The notes beneath the pieces are model-generated. The model did no database searches. It was not told the origin of the DNA and saw nothing but the letters and a program-made list of their open reading frames with translations. Shown piece after piece: positions 22,561 through 32,155 of a stretch of 40,141 nucleotides of DNA. This DNA comes from a virus. The first letter of the stretch is position 1. Each line of letters begins with the position of its first letter. The stretch is taken from the IMG/VR virus record IMGVR_UViG_3300033412_000035. The stretch is one strand, 5' to 3'. A program made the position numbers and the translations under genes.

Positions 22561-22658
22561 TGGCGAGGATGATCCGCGTCAACTTCCCGCTCTGGTTCTA
22601 CCTGCTGTGGGTCATGAGTATAGGCGCGATGGGCTTCGTGCTCGGTCGCCTGTTCTAG
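22560..22658 (+). CDS. Small TM protein (32 aa)
   Basis: MARMIRVNFPLWFYLLWVMSIGAMGFVLGRLF. TGATG overlap with the upstream stop. Not listed as a separate track ORF. Confidence 0.45.
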   Translation: MARMIRVNFPLWFYLLWVMSIGAMGFVLGRLF

Positions 22659-22843
22659 GGCAACTTCCGCGCGATCCCGCAGCTCTCGCAGATGCCCTCG
22701 CCCTCGTTGTTGACGGCCTTGCAGTACTTGTTGAGGCAGCGCCAGAGCATCCCGGCGGCCAGGGCGAGCGACTCGACGACCGGCGCCTCAGCCCGGGTCG
22801 CGCGCTGGAGGAGCTGGCGGACGACGGCGGCCCGGACGGTCAC
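22655..22843 (-). CDS. Zinc-ribbon-like protein (62 aa), last gene of the late operon
   Basis: Contains CLNKYC...CESCG. Its stop shares the CTAG at 22655-22658 with the convergent plus-strand gene. Confidence 0.5.
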   Translation of the reverse strand: MTVRAAVVRQLLQRATRAEAPVVESLALAAGMLWRCLNKYCKAVNNEGEGICESCGIARKLP

Positions 22844-23043
22844 TCCAGCCGCCCCCTGACGTAGCCAAGCTCGAGCCGGACCTCGGCGACGAGGATGCGG
22901 ACCTCCTCGATCTTGCGCTTCATCTCGCGGGCCTCGGAGTCGAGGATGGGCGACCGCTCGCCGACGACCTCGGCATCGAGCGCCAGGTCCACGAGGAGCG
23001 CGTTGGCCTCGGCGAGCTTGCCGTCGGTTGTCAACGGGCCCAC
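22840..23043 (-). CDS. Hypothetical helical protein (67 aa)
   Basis: GTG at 23043, or a TTG at 23034 overlapping the upstream stop. Confidence 0.5.
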   Translation of the reverse strand: MGPLTTDGKLAEANALLVDLALDAEVVGERSPILDSEAREMKRKIEEVRILVAEVRLELGYVRGRLE

Positions 23044-23279
23044 CAGAGGACGACCGACACCAGGACGGCGGCGACGGCCCAGACGACCATGGACAGGGCC
23101 AGCCGGCGCACGGCCCGGCTCAGGTTCAGGACCTCTGTCCGCAACTCGGACAGGCCGGCCACGATCCCGAGCATCGTCACCCGATTCGCGGTCCCCGGGT
23201 GCGTCTCCTCCTCGTCCGGGTCCTGCTCGTATTCGATGCGGGCGCTGCCGTTGCTGCTGGTCGCGGTCGAGCGGGCCAT
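23031..23279 (-). CDS. C-terminally anchored membrane protein (82 aa)
   Basis: C-terminus LALSMVVWAVAAVLVSVVLWWAR. Confidence 0.55.
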   Translation of the reverse strand: MARSTATSSNGSARIEYEQDPDEEETHPGTANRVTMLGIVAGLSELRTEVLNLSRAVRRLALSMVVWAVAAVLVSVVLWWAR

Positions 23280-23283
23280 ACGT

Positions 23284-23388
23284 CTACTCCAGGGGCGGCT
23301 GCCGAATGTAGGCCCACATCCAGAGCAGGATCGCGACGTCGATCGGGATCAGGATGAGCCGGGCAGCCAGTGAGAGGTGGTCGGTCAC
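23284..23388 (-). CDS. Small TM protein (34 aa)
   Basis: VTDHLSLAARLILIPIDVAILLWMWAYIRQPPLE. The GTG overlaps the upstream stop (GTGA). Confidence 0.4.
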   Translation of the reverse strand: MTDHLSLAARLILIPIDVAILLWMWAYIRQPPLE

Positions 23389-23657
23389 TTCTTCCGGTGG
23401 TTCGCGAGGTCGGAAATCGCTTGCAGGTCGGCGGCGTCGGCGGCCGGGTCCTGGCCAGCGGGGCGGCGCTGGCTCTCGGCCTTCTTCACCGAGGAGCGGC
23501 CGGCCGTGTAGCCAAACGCGGCCAGCGCGGCGGACGCCAGCCCGACCACCTGCGCCGTCGTGCCGGTGCCGGGCAGAGCGCCAGAGGCGGCGGCCGCGCC
23601 GACGAGCTGCGCAGCGAGCGAGAGCCAAAATTCGGTCGTCTTCCATCCGGGCTTCAT
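23385..23657 (-). CDS. Holin-like two-TM protein (90 aa)
   Basis: GAAGGAA precedes the ATG at 23657, with an ATGA overlap. MKPGWKTTEFWLSLAAQLVGAAAASGAL...VVGLASAALAAFGY, followed by a charged tail. Confidence 0.5.
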   Translation of the reverse strand: MKPGWKTTEFWLSLAAQLVGAAAASGALPGTGTTAQVVGLASAALAAFGYTAGRSSVKKAESQRRPAGQDPAADAADLQAISDLANHRKK

Positions 23658-24043
23658 CGGGGGTTCCTTCTGCCGAACACGTCGGCCTTGGGTTGTGCGA
23701 CCTCCGCCGCTCTTTGCTGGAGCGCGGCGTCGATCCGAACCTGCTCGGTGGCCAGGTTCCCGACCTTGACCGTGAGCGCCTTGAGGTCGCCCTGCATCTC
23801 GACCTGGGCCGCGCGGGTGGTCTCGACCTGGTCCGCGACCCCGCGCGCCTGCCAGATGACGGTGACGGCCGCGGCCACCATCGATCCAACCAGGCCCCAG
23901 ATGCGGAGGCGCAGGCTCGCGAACGTCCGCGCCCCGGTCAGGAGCTTGCCCTCGCACAGCGATACCCGGTACTCCATCACGTCCGGGCTACTGGCCAGTC
24001 GGCGCGGATCCGGGGGCGTAGCGTCGTCGAAGTCGGCGCTCAT
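23654..24043 (-). CDS. TM plus coiled-coil protein (129 aa), i-spanin-like architecture
   Basis: ATGA overlap at 24040-24043. TM segment IWGLVGSMVAAAVTVIW, then a Gln/Ala-rich helix. Confidence 0.45.
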   Translation of the reverse strand: MSADFDDATPPDPRRLASSPDVMEYRVSLCEGKLLTGARTFASLRLRIWGLVGSMVAAAVTVIWQARGVADQVETTRAAQVEMQGDLKALTVKVGNLATEQVRIDAALQQRAAEVAQPKADVFGRRNPR

Positions 24044-25062
24044 GCCTCGTATTCCTCGAGGTGGACGCCGATGACGCGCCAGGAGCCGCTCGAGACCTTG
24101 GCCTGGACCCGCCAGGCCACGGTGGTCGCGGCCGGTGCGACCGCGACCGTCTTCCACTTGTCCGAGTCGGCGACGGCGATCCCGGTGAGGGCGAGGCTGT
24201 TCGTTCCATCGAAGAGGCGGACGTCGAGGGTTCCGGTGCCGGTGACGTTCCGGCCCTTCACCGCCAGCGTGCAGGGCACCGTGGTCCGCATCTCGGTGGT
24301 GTGGTTGTCGAGCGGCAGGTAGATGCGCGGCGCGGCCGAGAGGACGTCCACATAGGTCGTCGAGGAGATGACCGGCGCGACGCTGTCGCCGTAGTCGGGC
24401 TGAAAGCAGGGGTGGTGCGTGCCGGCGTGCCGCCAGAGCTCGTTGGCCGAGTCGATGAGGTCCTGGAGGTCGGCGGCGTAGATGGGCGCGTGCGTAAGGA
24501 AGGGCGACGGGTCGCAGGCGCCGGCGACCGTGTCATCAACGTGGCGGCCGAGCGTCCCCATGGCCATCGCGTAGGCGATGCGGATGCCGTCGTTGTAGGT
24601 GAGGTCGAGCTTATACTCGATGTTAGGGCTGAGGCCGGTGAGGGTGACCGACTTGTGGACGACGTCGTCCGGCACCACGGAGCTCGTCGTCGTGCGGCCG
24701 TTGAAGTAGACCTTGCTGTCGGCCATGACAACCGAGTCCGACAGCCGCGTGATCTTGCATTCGGCATAGGGGCTCGTGGCCGCGGCGTTGGTGCGAACGA
24801 GGCCGAGGAGGACATCGACCGAGGTCTGGTTGGGGCCGGTCCGGAAGTAGGGTGACCAGGAGGTACCCGCGGCGCCGCTTGCGCCCACCGCGTTGAGAGG
24901 CTGGCAGCGCGCCATGATGGCCCGGGTCTGGGTCGCGCAGATGTAGTTGAAGGCGTGCGCGACGCGGGCGAGGACGGAGGCGCCCGGGTTGAGACCGTTG
25001 TTCGCGTCCTTCTCCACGTGGAGGAGCGCAGGGACCGCCCGGGTGACGGCATGAAAGCTCAT
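24040..25062 (-). CDS. Tail/baseplate-associated protein (340 aa)
   Basis: ATGA overlap with the 1129-aa gene. Positional call only. Confidence 0.5.
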   Translation of the reverse strand: MSFHAVTRAVPALLHVEKDANNGLNPGASVLARVAHAFNYICATQTRAIMARCQPLNAVGASGAAGTSWSPYFRTGPNQTSVDVLLGLVRTNAAATSPYAECKITRLSDSVVMADSKVYFNGRTTTSSVVPDDVVHKSVTLTGLSPNIEYKLDLTYNDGIRIAYAMAMGTLGRHVDDTVAGACDPSPFLTHAPIYAADLQDLIDSANELWRHAGTHHPCFQPDYGDSVAPVISSTTYVDVLSAAPRIYLPLDNHTTEMRTTVPCTLAVKGRNVTGTGTLDVRLFDGTNSLALTGIAVADSDKWKTVAVAPAATTVAWRVQAKVSSGSWRVIGVHLEEYEA

Positions 25063-28000
25063 GAGACGACTCCGACGTAGAGCTCAGAGAGGGCGGTGAG
25101 CTGAGCTATCGAGGTCACGTCGCTGGTCTTGAGCTCGATCGATAGCCAGGTGCAGCCCGGGATGTCGGACATGACGATGTCGAGCGTCTGTTCGGTGAGC
25201 GCCGCGCCGGTTGCCGAGGTGGTGGTGAATTCGACCTGCCGGTAGGTACCCGGCGGCCAGGTGACCCCGGTCCGGCTCGAGCCACGCGGGTAGCCACGGC
25301 TCGAGGTGATCCGACAGGAGGCCGTCTTGCCTGCGGTCTGGCTGAAGAGCCAGGGCCGGATGTAGAGCTTGCGGCGGGCGTTCAGGTAGGGCGCTCCGCC
25401 GATGGGCACAGGATAGGCGCCCAGGAGCTCATAGCTCGTCGAGGTCGTGTTGAACGAGGTGTCCACGGTCCACGGCAGACTCACGGCCGACTTGAGCGAC
25501 ACCATGTGGTTGGCCATGAGGATGAGGTCGTGGACCAGGCCGGCATGGAGCGGCCGCCCGGCTGCGTAGTCGGCCGTCGGAATGAGCCGCGGTGCGGTAG
25601 TCGGGATCGAGCGGGTGAAGCCGAGGAGGTTGTCCGCCCCGTAGGCGTTCGGCAGCGCGAGCCCCTCGATGAGGTCGTCGGTCCCGGTCATGAACGCGCT
25701 GAGCTGCTGGCTCGCCTGGACTGCCGAATAGAGCTGGGGGACGACCCGATAACGCTTGGCCGTGTCGAACGTGGGTGACGTGAGCGTCGCGGTGAGCGTG
25801 AGAATGTGGTTGACCGTGTCGGGCGCGCTCGCGAGTACCCGGTCCCAGGCCAGGATGGATGTTGGGTCGGCCGGATCCACCTCCTCGATGCGCACCAGGT
25901 CGCCGGAAGCCCATCGCGTATCGTCCGTGGCATCCGACGAACGGCTGTAGTCATGGATGCGGATCTTGAGCTGCTTGGTGCTGCTCGAGTAGCCGGAGGT
26001 GAACGTGCCGGATGTGTAGGAGTAGTCAACCGATGCGCAGGGCGCGAGCGGGTAAACCCGATCCTCATCCACCAGCAGAAGCTGCACGGAGCCCGACAAC
26101 GATTCGCCCTCCTGCCCGAAGTTGATGGTCTTCGACAGGCAGATGCAGCCGCGGTTGGAGATGCCCTGCCGGCCCGAGACCGGGTCGCGAACGTCGTTGT
26201 CACTGAACGAGACGGTGTCGCCGGGCGCGATGTGAAAGAGCGTCGGGGCGATGGTCCGCTCGACCAGGCGCAGGGGTTTCGCGAAGTGCGGCATCGCCCG
26301 CTCGAGGAGCTGGCCGATTAGGTGCTGGACCGCGATCCCAGCCTTGGCCTGGTCGGAGCAGGCGGACGGAAGCTCGATGACGGCCTCGCGCGCGGTGCCG
26401 CCGTAGTCGGAGACCGACGACGGATCGCGGCAGGTGACCTCGTTCGCATAGGTCCCGTCCGGGCGCCGATTGAAGCGGACGGTGACGACGTTCCGCAGGT
26501 ACTCCTCGGTGACGCGCGCGCTCGCCCGGAGCATCCCCGGTTGCTCGGCCGGACCGGCCTTGTTGGTCTCGTCGAGCGTGTGCTCCGCGGTGAGCGGGTT
26601 TGGGCTCGGCAGCGTGACCAGCCGGTAGCCGCCATCCTTCCAGATGAGCCAGGCGAAGCGGAGCGCGAGCTCGGGGAGGATGTAATCGAGGAGCTTGGTC
26701 GGCTTGTCGATGACGATAAGCATCGACTCGGTCCGGCACTGCTGCTCGATGGCCTTGCACGAGTTGAAGAAGTCGGTTGAGAAGAGCGTTTCGGGGATAC
26801 CCGGGCAGCTCATGCCGAGCGGGAAGATGTCGTAGTCGGAGCTGTTGTTGCTGCGACCGTCGGTCGAGAGGAGCAGGCTCGAGAAGATGGTCGTGAACGA
26901 GCCAGACAGGATGACGACCTGGCGCACGGTGAAGACATCATCCGGGTCATCCACCGTTAGACCCACGTAGACATCGTTGCCCGACACGAAGCCGGCCACC
27001 CCGCCGGCGGCGCCGACGCCCGTGAGCTCGGTGTCGCTCGCCTTCTTGGCGAAGTGAAGGTGGCCGTTCCCTGCGATGATGAATCCCCAACTCTCGCCGG
27101 CCTGCGGGATGGCGTCGAAGGGGGCCGGCAGGAGCGACGGAATATCCACCCACTCGCCCTGCGTCTTTTCGAGGTCGATGGAGCAGCCGGCGGCCGAGTG
27201 CCCGATCTCGTAGAGTCCCTGGAAGGGCTTGACCCGGTACGGGGCGCCGCTGGACACGAAGGCGTATTCGGCCTTGTCGCCGCTATCGCGCACGACCCAG
27301 AGCGGCCGGCTATCGAACTCGTCGGTCAGCTCGTCATCGCTGCCGTAGCCGAGGAACAACATGGGAAATGCGTCCGTGCAGCCGAATATGAGCCAGCGCT
27401 GCTGGGACGTCGCGAACGTCGCGCCGATCTGGAGGCGCCGGCCGACGTCCATTTGCTTCAGGCCCACATGCCAATCGGCGTTGAGCCCGGCGGCGTTCGC
27501 GAGCCAGTTGTTGAGGGTCGAAAGAAACTCCTCGAGCGAGTAGTAGCCCTCCTGGACCTCGTCGGTGCTCCCGGGGGCGCCGGAGACCACGGTGAGCGTG
27601 GCGCTGGCGGACGAGACGTTCTCCTGAGCGTAGAACGCCTGGCCGGCGACCAGACGGATCCCGGGTTGGACGTAGCCTATCCACTGGTCCTTGAGGAGGG
27701 TGCAGTCGCGGATCTGCTTTCGCAGGTCCTCGCACTGGATGACGGTCGCGCCGAGTTCGCCCTCCGCCAGGCCGACGATGACCCCCGCGAACTCGAGCCG
27801 TGCCTGGCCGACGACATCCCAGACCCCGCCGACGACCCGGTGGCAGTAAAGCGCGACGTGCCGGCCGATCCAGGTCTGCGGCAGGTCAGTCACCTTCGAG
27901 GGCGACGAGACCGCGTAGTCGAAGTTGTCGGGGAAGGCGTGCGGCCGGGTGTAGGGACCTGCCTCGGCCTCGAAGGGCTCGAACGACTGGCTGTTGGTGA

Positions 28001-28448
28001 TGGTAAAGGTCGTGCCCGAGGCGGCCGACATCTCCATCCGCTTGGAACCGACGAAGATGGACTGGCCGGCGGTCGTCCAGCTCGAAGCGTCGCGCACGGT
28101 GAGCGTCCCGGTCCCGTCCGCGTTCGGCTGATAGAGGGCGCCTAGGTGCGTCTGCTTGGTCGGCTTGCTCTTCCAGACGGCGACGCCGAAGGTGTCGTTG
28201 GCGTCCGGCTGGATCTCGAACGTCAAGCTCGGGACGTCGAAGTCGGCCTGCCAGGGCGCGATGGACTCGCGCAGGCTGCCGCGGATCTTCAGGCCGGGCA
28301 GCGCGCGCGGCCAGGTTCCGCCGTAGGCGACCACGACCCGGTTGGGGTCGGCCGCGTCGCAGAGCACGTAGTCGTAGCCCTCGATGACGAGCGAGTAGCC
28401 GACCTGGACCGCCGCCTGCGTCGAGAGCGCTGTGCTCGTCGTGCCCAT
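25059..28448 (-). CDS. Large distal tail protein (Tal / central fibre-like, 1129 aa)
   Basis: Largest ORF in the genome. It follows the Dit-like gene after the tape measure. Positional call only. Confidence 0.6.
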   Translation of the reverse strand: MGTTSTALSTQAAVQVGYSLVIEGYDYVLCDAADPNRVVVAYGGTWPRALPGLKIRGSLRESIAPWQADFDVPSLTFEIQPDANDTFGVAVWKSKPTKQTHLGALYQPNADGTGTLTVRDASSWTTAGQSIFVGSKRMEMSAASGTTFTITNSQSFEPFEAEAGPYTRPHAFPDNFDYAVSSPSKVTDLPQTWIGRHVALYCHRVVGGVWDVVGQARLEFAGVIVGLAEGELGATVIQCEDLRKQIRDCTLLKDQWIGYVQPGIRLVAGQAFYAQENVSSASATLTVVSGAPGSTDEVQEGYYSLEEFLSTLNNWLANAAGLNADWHVGLKQMDVGRRLQIGATFATSQQRWLIFGCTDAFPMLFLGYGSDDELTDEFDSRPLWVVRDSGDKAEYAFVSSGAPYRVKPFQGLYEIGHSAAGCSIDLEKTQGEWVDIPSLLPAPFDAIPQAGESWGFIIAGNGHLHFAKKASDTELTGVGAAGGVAGFVSGNDVYVGLTVDDPDDVFTVRQVVILSGSFTTIFSSLLLSTDGRSNNSSDYDIFPLGMSCPGIPETLFSTDFFNSCKAIEQQCRTESMLIVIDKPTKLLDYILPELALRFAWLIWKDGGYRLVTLPSPNPLTAEHTLDETNKAGPAEQPGMLRASARVTEEYLRNVVTVRFNRRPDGTYANEVTCRDPSSVSDYGGTAREAVIELPSACSDQAKAGIAVQHLIGQLLERAMPHFAKPLRLVERTIAPTLFHIAPGDTVSFSDNDVRDPVSGRQGISNRGCICLSKTINFGQEGESLSGSVQLLLVDEDRVYPLAPCASVDYSYTSGTFTSGYSSSTKQLKIRIHDYSRSSDATDDTRWASGDLVRIEEVDPADPTSILAWDRVLASAPDTVNHILTLTATLTSPTFDTAKRYRVVPQLYSAVQASQQLSAFMTGTDDLIEGLALPNAYGADNLLGFTRSIPTTAPRLIPTADYAAGRPLHAGLVHDLILMANHMVSLKSAVSLPWTVDTSFNTTSTSYELLGAYPVPIGGAPYLNARRKLYIRPWLFSQTAGKTASCRITSSRGYPRGSSRTGVTWPPGTYRQVEFTTTSATGAALTEQTLDIVMSDIPGCTWLSIELKTSDVTSIAQLTALSELYVGVVS

Positions 28449-28451
28449 CGG

Positions 28452-29897
28452 CTAGAGCGTCCCGGCCTTGACCTCGACGGAGATCATCCACGCGGCCGCG
28501 GACGTGCCCCAGCTCGGATCGGCGACGAGCGCATTCGCCGCCGTGGCGACCTCAAGGGAGGCGTTCGTTGCTGTAGTTCCGACGTCAGCCTGCTCGGTGA
28601 AACCTATCCCTGGGGTCGCCGTTTGATTTGCCGCGGTGGCAACCGCGTAGAGATGGACGTTGTGAACGTCCTCGAATAGCGCAAGGGTGTTGGTCAGAGT
28701 CAGGACCGCCGAGCCGCTCGTAGTGACCGTTTGGACGATCGCCCCCGAGCCGTTCGTGCCGGATGTATCGACCCCGGAGAGCTCGATGAGCGCCCAGCAC
28801 CAGGAAAGATGCGACGTCGCGAAGGTAACCGTGATGGCACCGCTCGACGGCGACCCGCCGAGGGCGCGCCAGAGCGACAGCTTTCGCGTGCCGGTCCCGA
28901 CCGAGCCGACGTTGACCCAGGTCAAGCCGCATCCCGTAACCGAGGTCGGTACCTCGCCGAGTGTCGAGTGCGTGGCCTCAACGGCCAGGAGCTCGAGCCG
29001 GTTGGCTCCCGGGCTGACGCTCGCCGTCGCGAAGCTCGTGCCGTCCGTGGTCGAGCTCGAGCTCGTGAGGGTCGAGACGCCGATCGTCGCCCGCCCGACG
29101 CCCGAGCCGAGCCCCGCCGTCTCCGTGCCCGGGACCTGGATGAGGGGCGGGAGCTTGATGGCCCACATCCCGGTCCAGTTCTCTTGCATCTGGTTGGGCC
29201 GGAAGATGGAGGCGTCGGTCACCGCGTAGGTACCGAACGTCGTATCGTCGGAGGCGTCCGGGTACCAGCGAATCGGTCCGCTCGGGGTGCCCCACCCTGC
29301 CTCGCCGTAGACCCCGTCGAGCCAGAACTGCTCGAGCGACTGGTTGCCGGTCGTCTCGCTCGCGATCCAGGTCCGTTCGCGCCGGTTGGCCGGCCATCGG
29401 AGGTCGTCGAGCCGGACGCGGTGCTGCCCGTGGCGGGCGTAGACGTAGCCGGCGAAGTTTCCGACCGAGCGAAAGTCGCCCTCGGGGTAGCCGCGCCAGG
29501 TCCCGCCGCCGTTCAGGTTGGCGAATGGGCAGCTCGGCAGCCAGACCGACTTCATCGCCTTCTGCCCGACGTGGCTGGTCGCCGATCCCTCGTCCGCCGT
29601 GAACCCGAGGAGGTCGCGGAGGTCGGTCGAGATCCAGGTGATGAGCTTGGCGACGCCGAACGTGATGGTGACTACGCCGGTTCCGAACTCGCCGAGCGAC
29701 CCGGTGACCGTGCAGGTGGTCCCGGACGCGGTCGCGAACGCGGTCGCGACGGTGGCCAGGAAGTCGCTCGCCGTGGACCCGGTGCTCGACAGGTAGTAGG
29801 TGCCGGCCGCGATCGTGGCGGTGCCGGCGCCGACGGTCGCAGTCCAGCCGCCGGTCGGGACCGTGATCTGCGCCTCGAGCCGACCAAAGGTCCCCAT
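28452..29897 (-). CDS. Distal tail (Dit)-like protein with a C-terminal ~200-aa accessory module
   Basis: TGATG overlap with the tape measure stop. The C-terminal 199 aa are paralogous to the C-termini of the 33883-36093 and 36095-36817 products. Confidence 0.55.
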   Translation of the reverse strand: MGTFGRLEAQITVPTGGWTATVGAGTATIAAGTYYLSSTGSTASDFLATVATAFATASGTTCTVTGSLGEFGTGVVTITFGVAKLITWISTDLRDLLGFTADEGSATSHVGQKAMKSVWLPSCPFANLNGGGTWRGYPEGDFRSVGNFAGYVYARHGQHRVRLDDLRWPANRRERTWIASETTGNQSLEQFWLDGVYGEAGWGTPSGPIRWYPDASDDTTFGTYAVTDASIFRPNQMQENWTGMWAIKLPPLIQVPGTETAGLGSGVGRATIGVSTLTSSSSTTDGTSFATASVSPGANRLELLAVEATHSTLGEVPTSVTGCGLTWVNVGSVGTGTRKLSLWRALGGSPSSGAITVTFATSHLSWCWALIELSGVDTSGTNGSGAIVQTVTTSGSAVLTLTNTLALFEDVHNVHLYAVATAANQTATPGIGFTEQADVGTTATNASLEVATAANALVADPSWGTSAAAWMISVEVKAGTL

Positions 29898-31765
29898 CAG
29901 CGCCGCCCCCGGATCCGGTCGGTGTGGCCGCTATAGCTATTGCCCTTGCGGATGGCCTTGTAGATGAGCTGCTGCTGCTCGATGTCGGTGAGGCCGAAGA
30001 AGTCGCGGCCGAGCAAGATGACGGTCTGTTGCGTGCCGCCCTCGCCGCCCCGTCCGCCGCCTCCACCTCCACCGCCGAGGTGATAGCCAGCTCCCCCGCC
30101 GGAGCCGCCGCCGCCCGAGCCCCGGCTCGCGCTCGGGACCGAGCCAGCGCCGAGCGCGCGCGCGAGCAGGCCGAGCGCCACGGCTCCGGCGCTGGCCTCG
30201 GCGGCTGCGGCTCCGTACTGCGCGGCAGCGGCGAAGCCGGCCGGGTTTCCGAAGAGGCCCATGGCGAGAGCGCCAGCCGCCAGGACGCCGTCCTTGATGG
30301 CCTCGCCGGCGAGCTGGGCGGACCCCGAGAGCAGCGCGCTGGCCGCCATCTGCTTGAAGGCCTGGCTTGCCGATCCGGAGCCGGTGATCCAGGTCGCGAA
30401 GGCGCTGCCGGCCGCGTTCTGGATGCCGCGGAAGCCGATGACGATAGCGCTCATCTGCTCGGGCGAGCCGAAGATGGCCTCGAGCGCGTTGTGGACGCCC
30501 TGGAGCTGGAACTGGCGCTGCGCTTCGAGCGCCGCCTTGACGGACTCGTCCATCCCCGAGGTGAGACCGTGCATGTCGCGGAGAAACGCCCGGGTTGACT
30601 CGGCGTCGGCACTGATATCCCGGAAGCCGGACCGCTGCGACCTGTCCTGCTGATAGACGGAGGCGCCTGCCCGGTAGAGGTCGGCCAGGGCGCCCGGGAC
30701 CGCCGCCCCGACGTCGTAGGTGTTCCCGAAGTCGCGGAGGATGTCGCCGGGGGCGTTGGGATCGATGACCATCCCCGGCTTGCCCTTGGCGGAGAGCCGC
30801 TTGGCGAGCGCGACCCAGCCGAGCTGGGCTTTCGTGACGCCGGCGGCGAAGAGCTCCTGCACCGGACGCAGGAGCTGGTTCTCGTCCACGTGGAGCGAAG
30901 AGAGGTCGAAGTTGGTTGCCCCGTCCTGAGAGGGGGCGTTCTCAGCGCCCGGGCCCAGGAGGGGATGCTGCTTTCGGTAGGCCGCCTCGAGCCAGCCCGC
31001 CCTCTGCTCGTTGAAGGGCGTACCGAGATAGCTCACGGCATCGGCGAACGTGCCGACCAGCTTCGCCATGATCTCGAGCAACGGGGCCAGGCTGATGACG
31101 AGCTTTCCGGCCGCGCCCTTGAGGTCGTCGAAGGCGTTGTTCAGGCTCACGCCGGCGCGCCGGAAGTTGTCTCCGGCCATGGCCGTGTTTCCGCCGAGGC
31201 CCTTCCACAGGCCGTCGAGCTGCTTCAAGACCCCCTGCTCGTCGGTCGCCGTGATGCCGAATTCCTTGAGCGCCTTGGTATTGCCCTTGGCGATCGACTC
31301 GGTGAGCGCGTCGATGGTCGGCTTGAGCTCGACACCCATCGTCTTTTGCAGGGCGAGCGCGCCGTGGAGGACCTCTTCCATCTGCTCCTGGTTGAGCTTC
31401 CAGGTCCCGTGCATCGCCTTGCCGGCGAAGGCGAGGAGGTCGTCCTGCTCGACCAGGCCGGCGGTCGCGTCGGTCAGGCGGTCGATGTTGGCGCCGGCCG
31501 CTGCCGAGGCGAGGCGGAGATCCTCGAGGTAGGCGTTGGCGGCGACCTGCGCGCCCTTGTAGAGCGCGACCAGGCCGCCGACCGCCGCGCCGACCTTGAA
31601 CCAGGTCTTGACCTGGTCCTCGAGCGACGCGTTCTGCTTGTTAAGGTCGTCGAGCAGCGCCTTGGCCCGGTCGCGCTCGACGCCCTTCAGGCTCGCGATC
31701 GCGGCCTTGGCCTCCGCGGTCTCGGCGCGGAAGACGGTCAGGACCGTATTTTTGAAATCAGCCAT
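29897..31765 (-). CDS. Tape measure protein
   Basis: 622 aa, Ala/Leu/Gly-rich and helical, with internal hydrophobic stretches and a C-terminal Gly run (GSGGGGSGGGAGYHLGGGGGGGGRGG). It follows the chaperone pair. Confidence 0.7.
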   Translation of the reverse strand: MADFKNTVLTVFRAETAEAKAAIASLKGVERDRAKALLDDLNKQNASLEDQVKTWFKVGAAVGGLVALYKGAQVAANAYLEDLRLASAAAGANIDRLTDATAGLVEQDDLLAFAGKAMHGTWKLNQEQMEEVLHGALALQKTMGVELKPTIDALTESIAKGNTKALKEFGITATDEQGVLKQLDGLWKGLGGNTAMAGDNFRRAGVSLNNAFDDLKGAAGKLVISLAPLLEIMAKLVGTFADAVSYLGTPFNEQRAGWLEAAYRKQHPLLGPGAENAPSQDGATNFDLSSLHVDENQLLRPVQELFAAGVTKAQLGWVALAKRLSAKGKPGMVIDPNAPGDILRDFGNTYDVGAAVPGALADLYRAGASVYQQDRSQRSGFRDISADAESTRAFLRDMHGLTSGMDESVKAALEAQRQFQLQGVHNALEAIFGSPEQMSAIVIGFRGIQNAAGSAFATWITGSGSASQAFKQMAASALLSGSAQLAGEAIKDGVLAAGALAMGLFGNPAGFAAAAQYGAAAAEASAGAVALGLLARALGAGSVPSASRGSGGGGSGGGAGYHLGGGGGGGGRGGEGGTQQTVILLGRDFFGLTDIEQQQLIYKAIRKGNSYSGHTDRIRGRR

Positions 31766-32129
31766 CGCGGTCGCGGTTCATGCGGGCGGCCTGCATCTCG
31801 GAGACGGCGCAGGCTGCCACCTCGACGAGCTCGAGGAGGTGAGGGGAAGGTCGCTCCCGTCCGACGAAATGGTCGAGCTGCCCCTTGTCCCAGTGGAGGT
31901 GCGCCCGGAGCGCTTCCTGGGCGAGGGGGAGCTGGATGAGGTAGCCCGGGCAGGTGTCGGACTCAGGCCGGGGCGCGTCGCGCGGCAGCGGGTACTGACC
32001 GGGGTGCTGGGGTAGTCGAGGCAGGAATCCGCAATTCCATTCCTGATACCGGGCGCACTTCGCGCAGTCGAGGTATTCGGCCGCACCGGCGTGGCCCTTC
32101 GCCATGCCGTCGCGGCGAGCCTCGTACAC
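31758..32129 (-). CDS. Tail assembly chaperone T-like ORF / Cys-rich protein (123 aa)
   Basis: Lies between the G-like chaperone and the tape measure. Its frame is -1 relative to, and open across, the end of 32156-32611. Confidence 0.45.
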   Translation of the reverse strand: MYEARRDGMAKGHAGAAEYLDCAKCARYQEWNCGFLPRLPQHPGQYPLPRDAPRPESDTCPGYLIQLPLAQEALRAHLHWDKGQLDHFVGRERPSPHLLELVEVAACAVSEMQAARMNRDRDG

Positions 32130-32155
32130 GAAGGGTGCGATCCGGATGCCATCGA

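Noticed and set aside
30040-30130. G/C homopolymer-rich stretch as a separate repeat element
   Set aside because: It is the in-frame Gly-run C-terminus of the tape measure protein (GSGGGGSGGGAGYHLGGGGGGGGRGG), not an independent feature.
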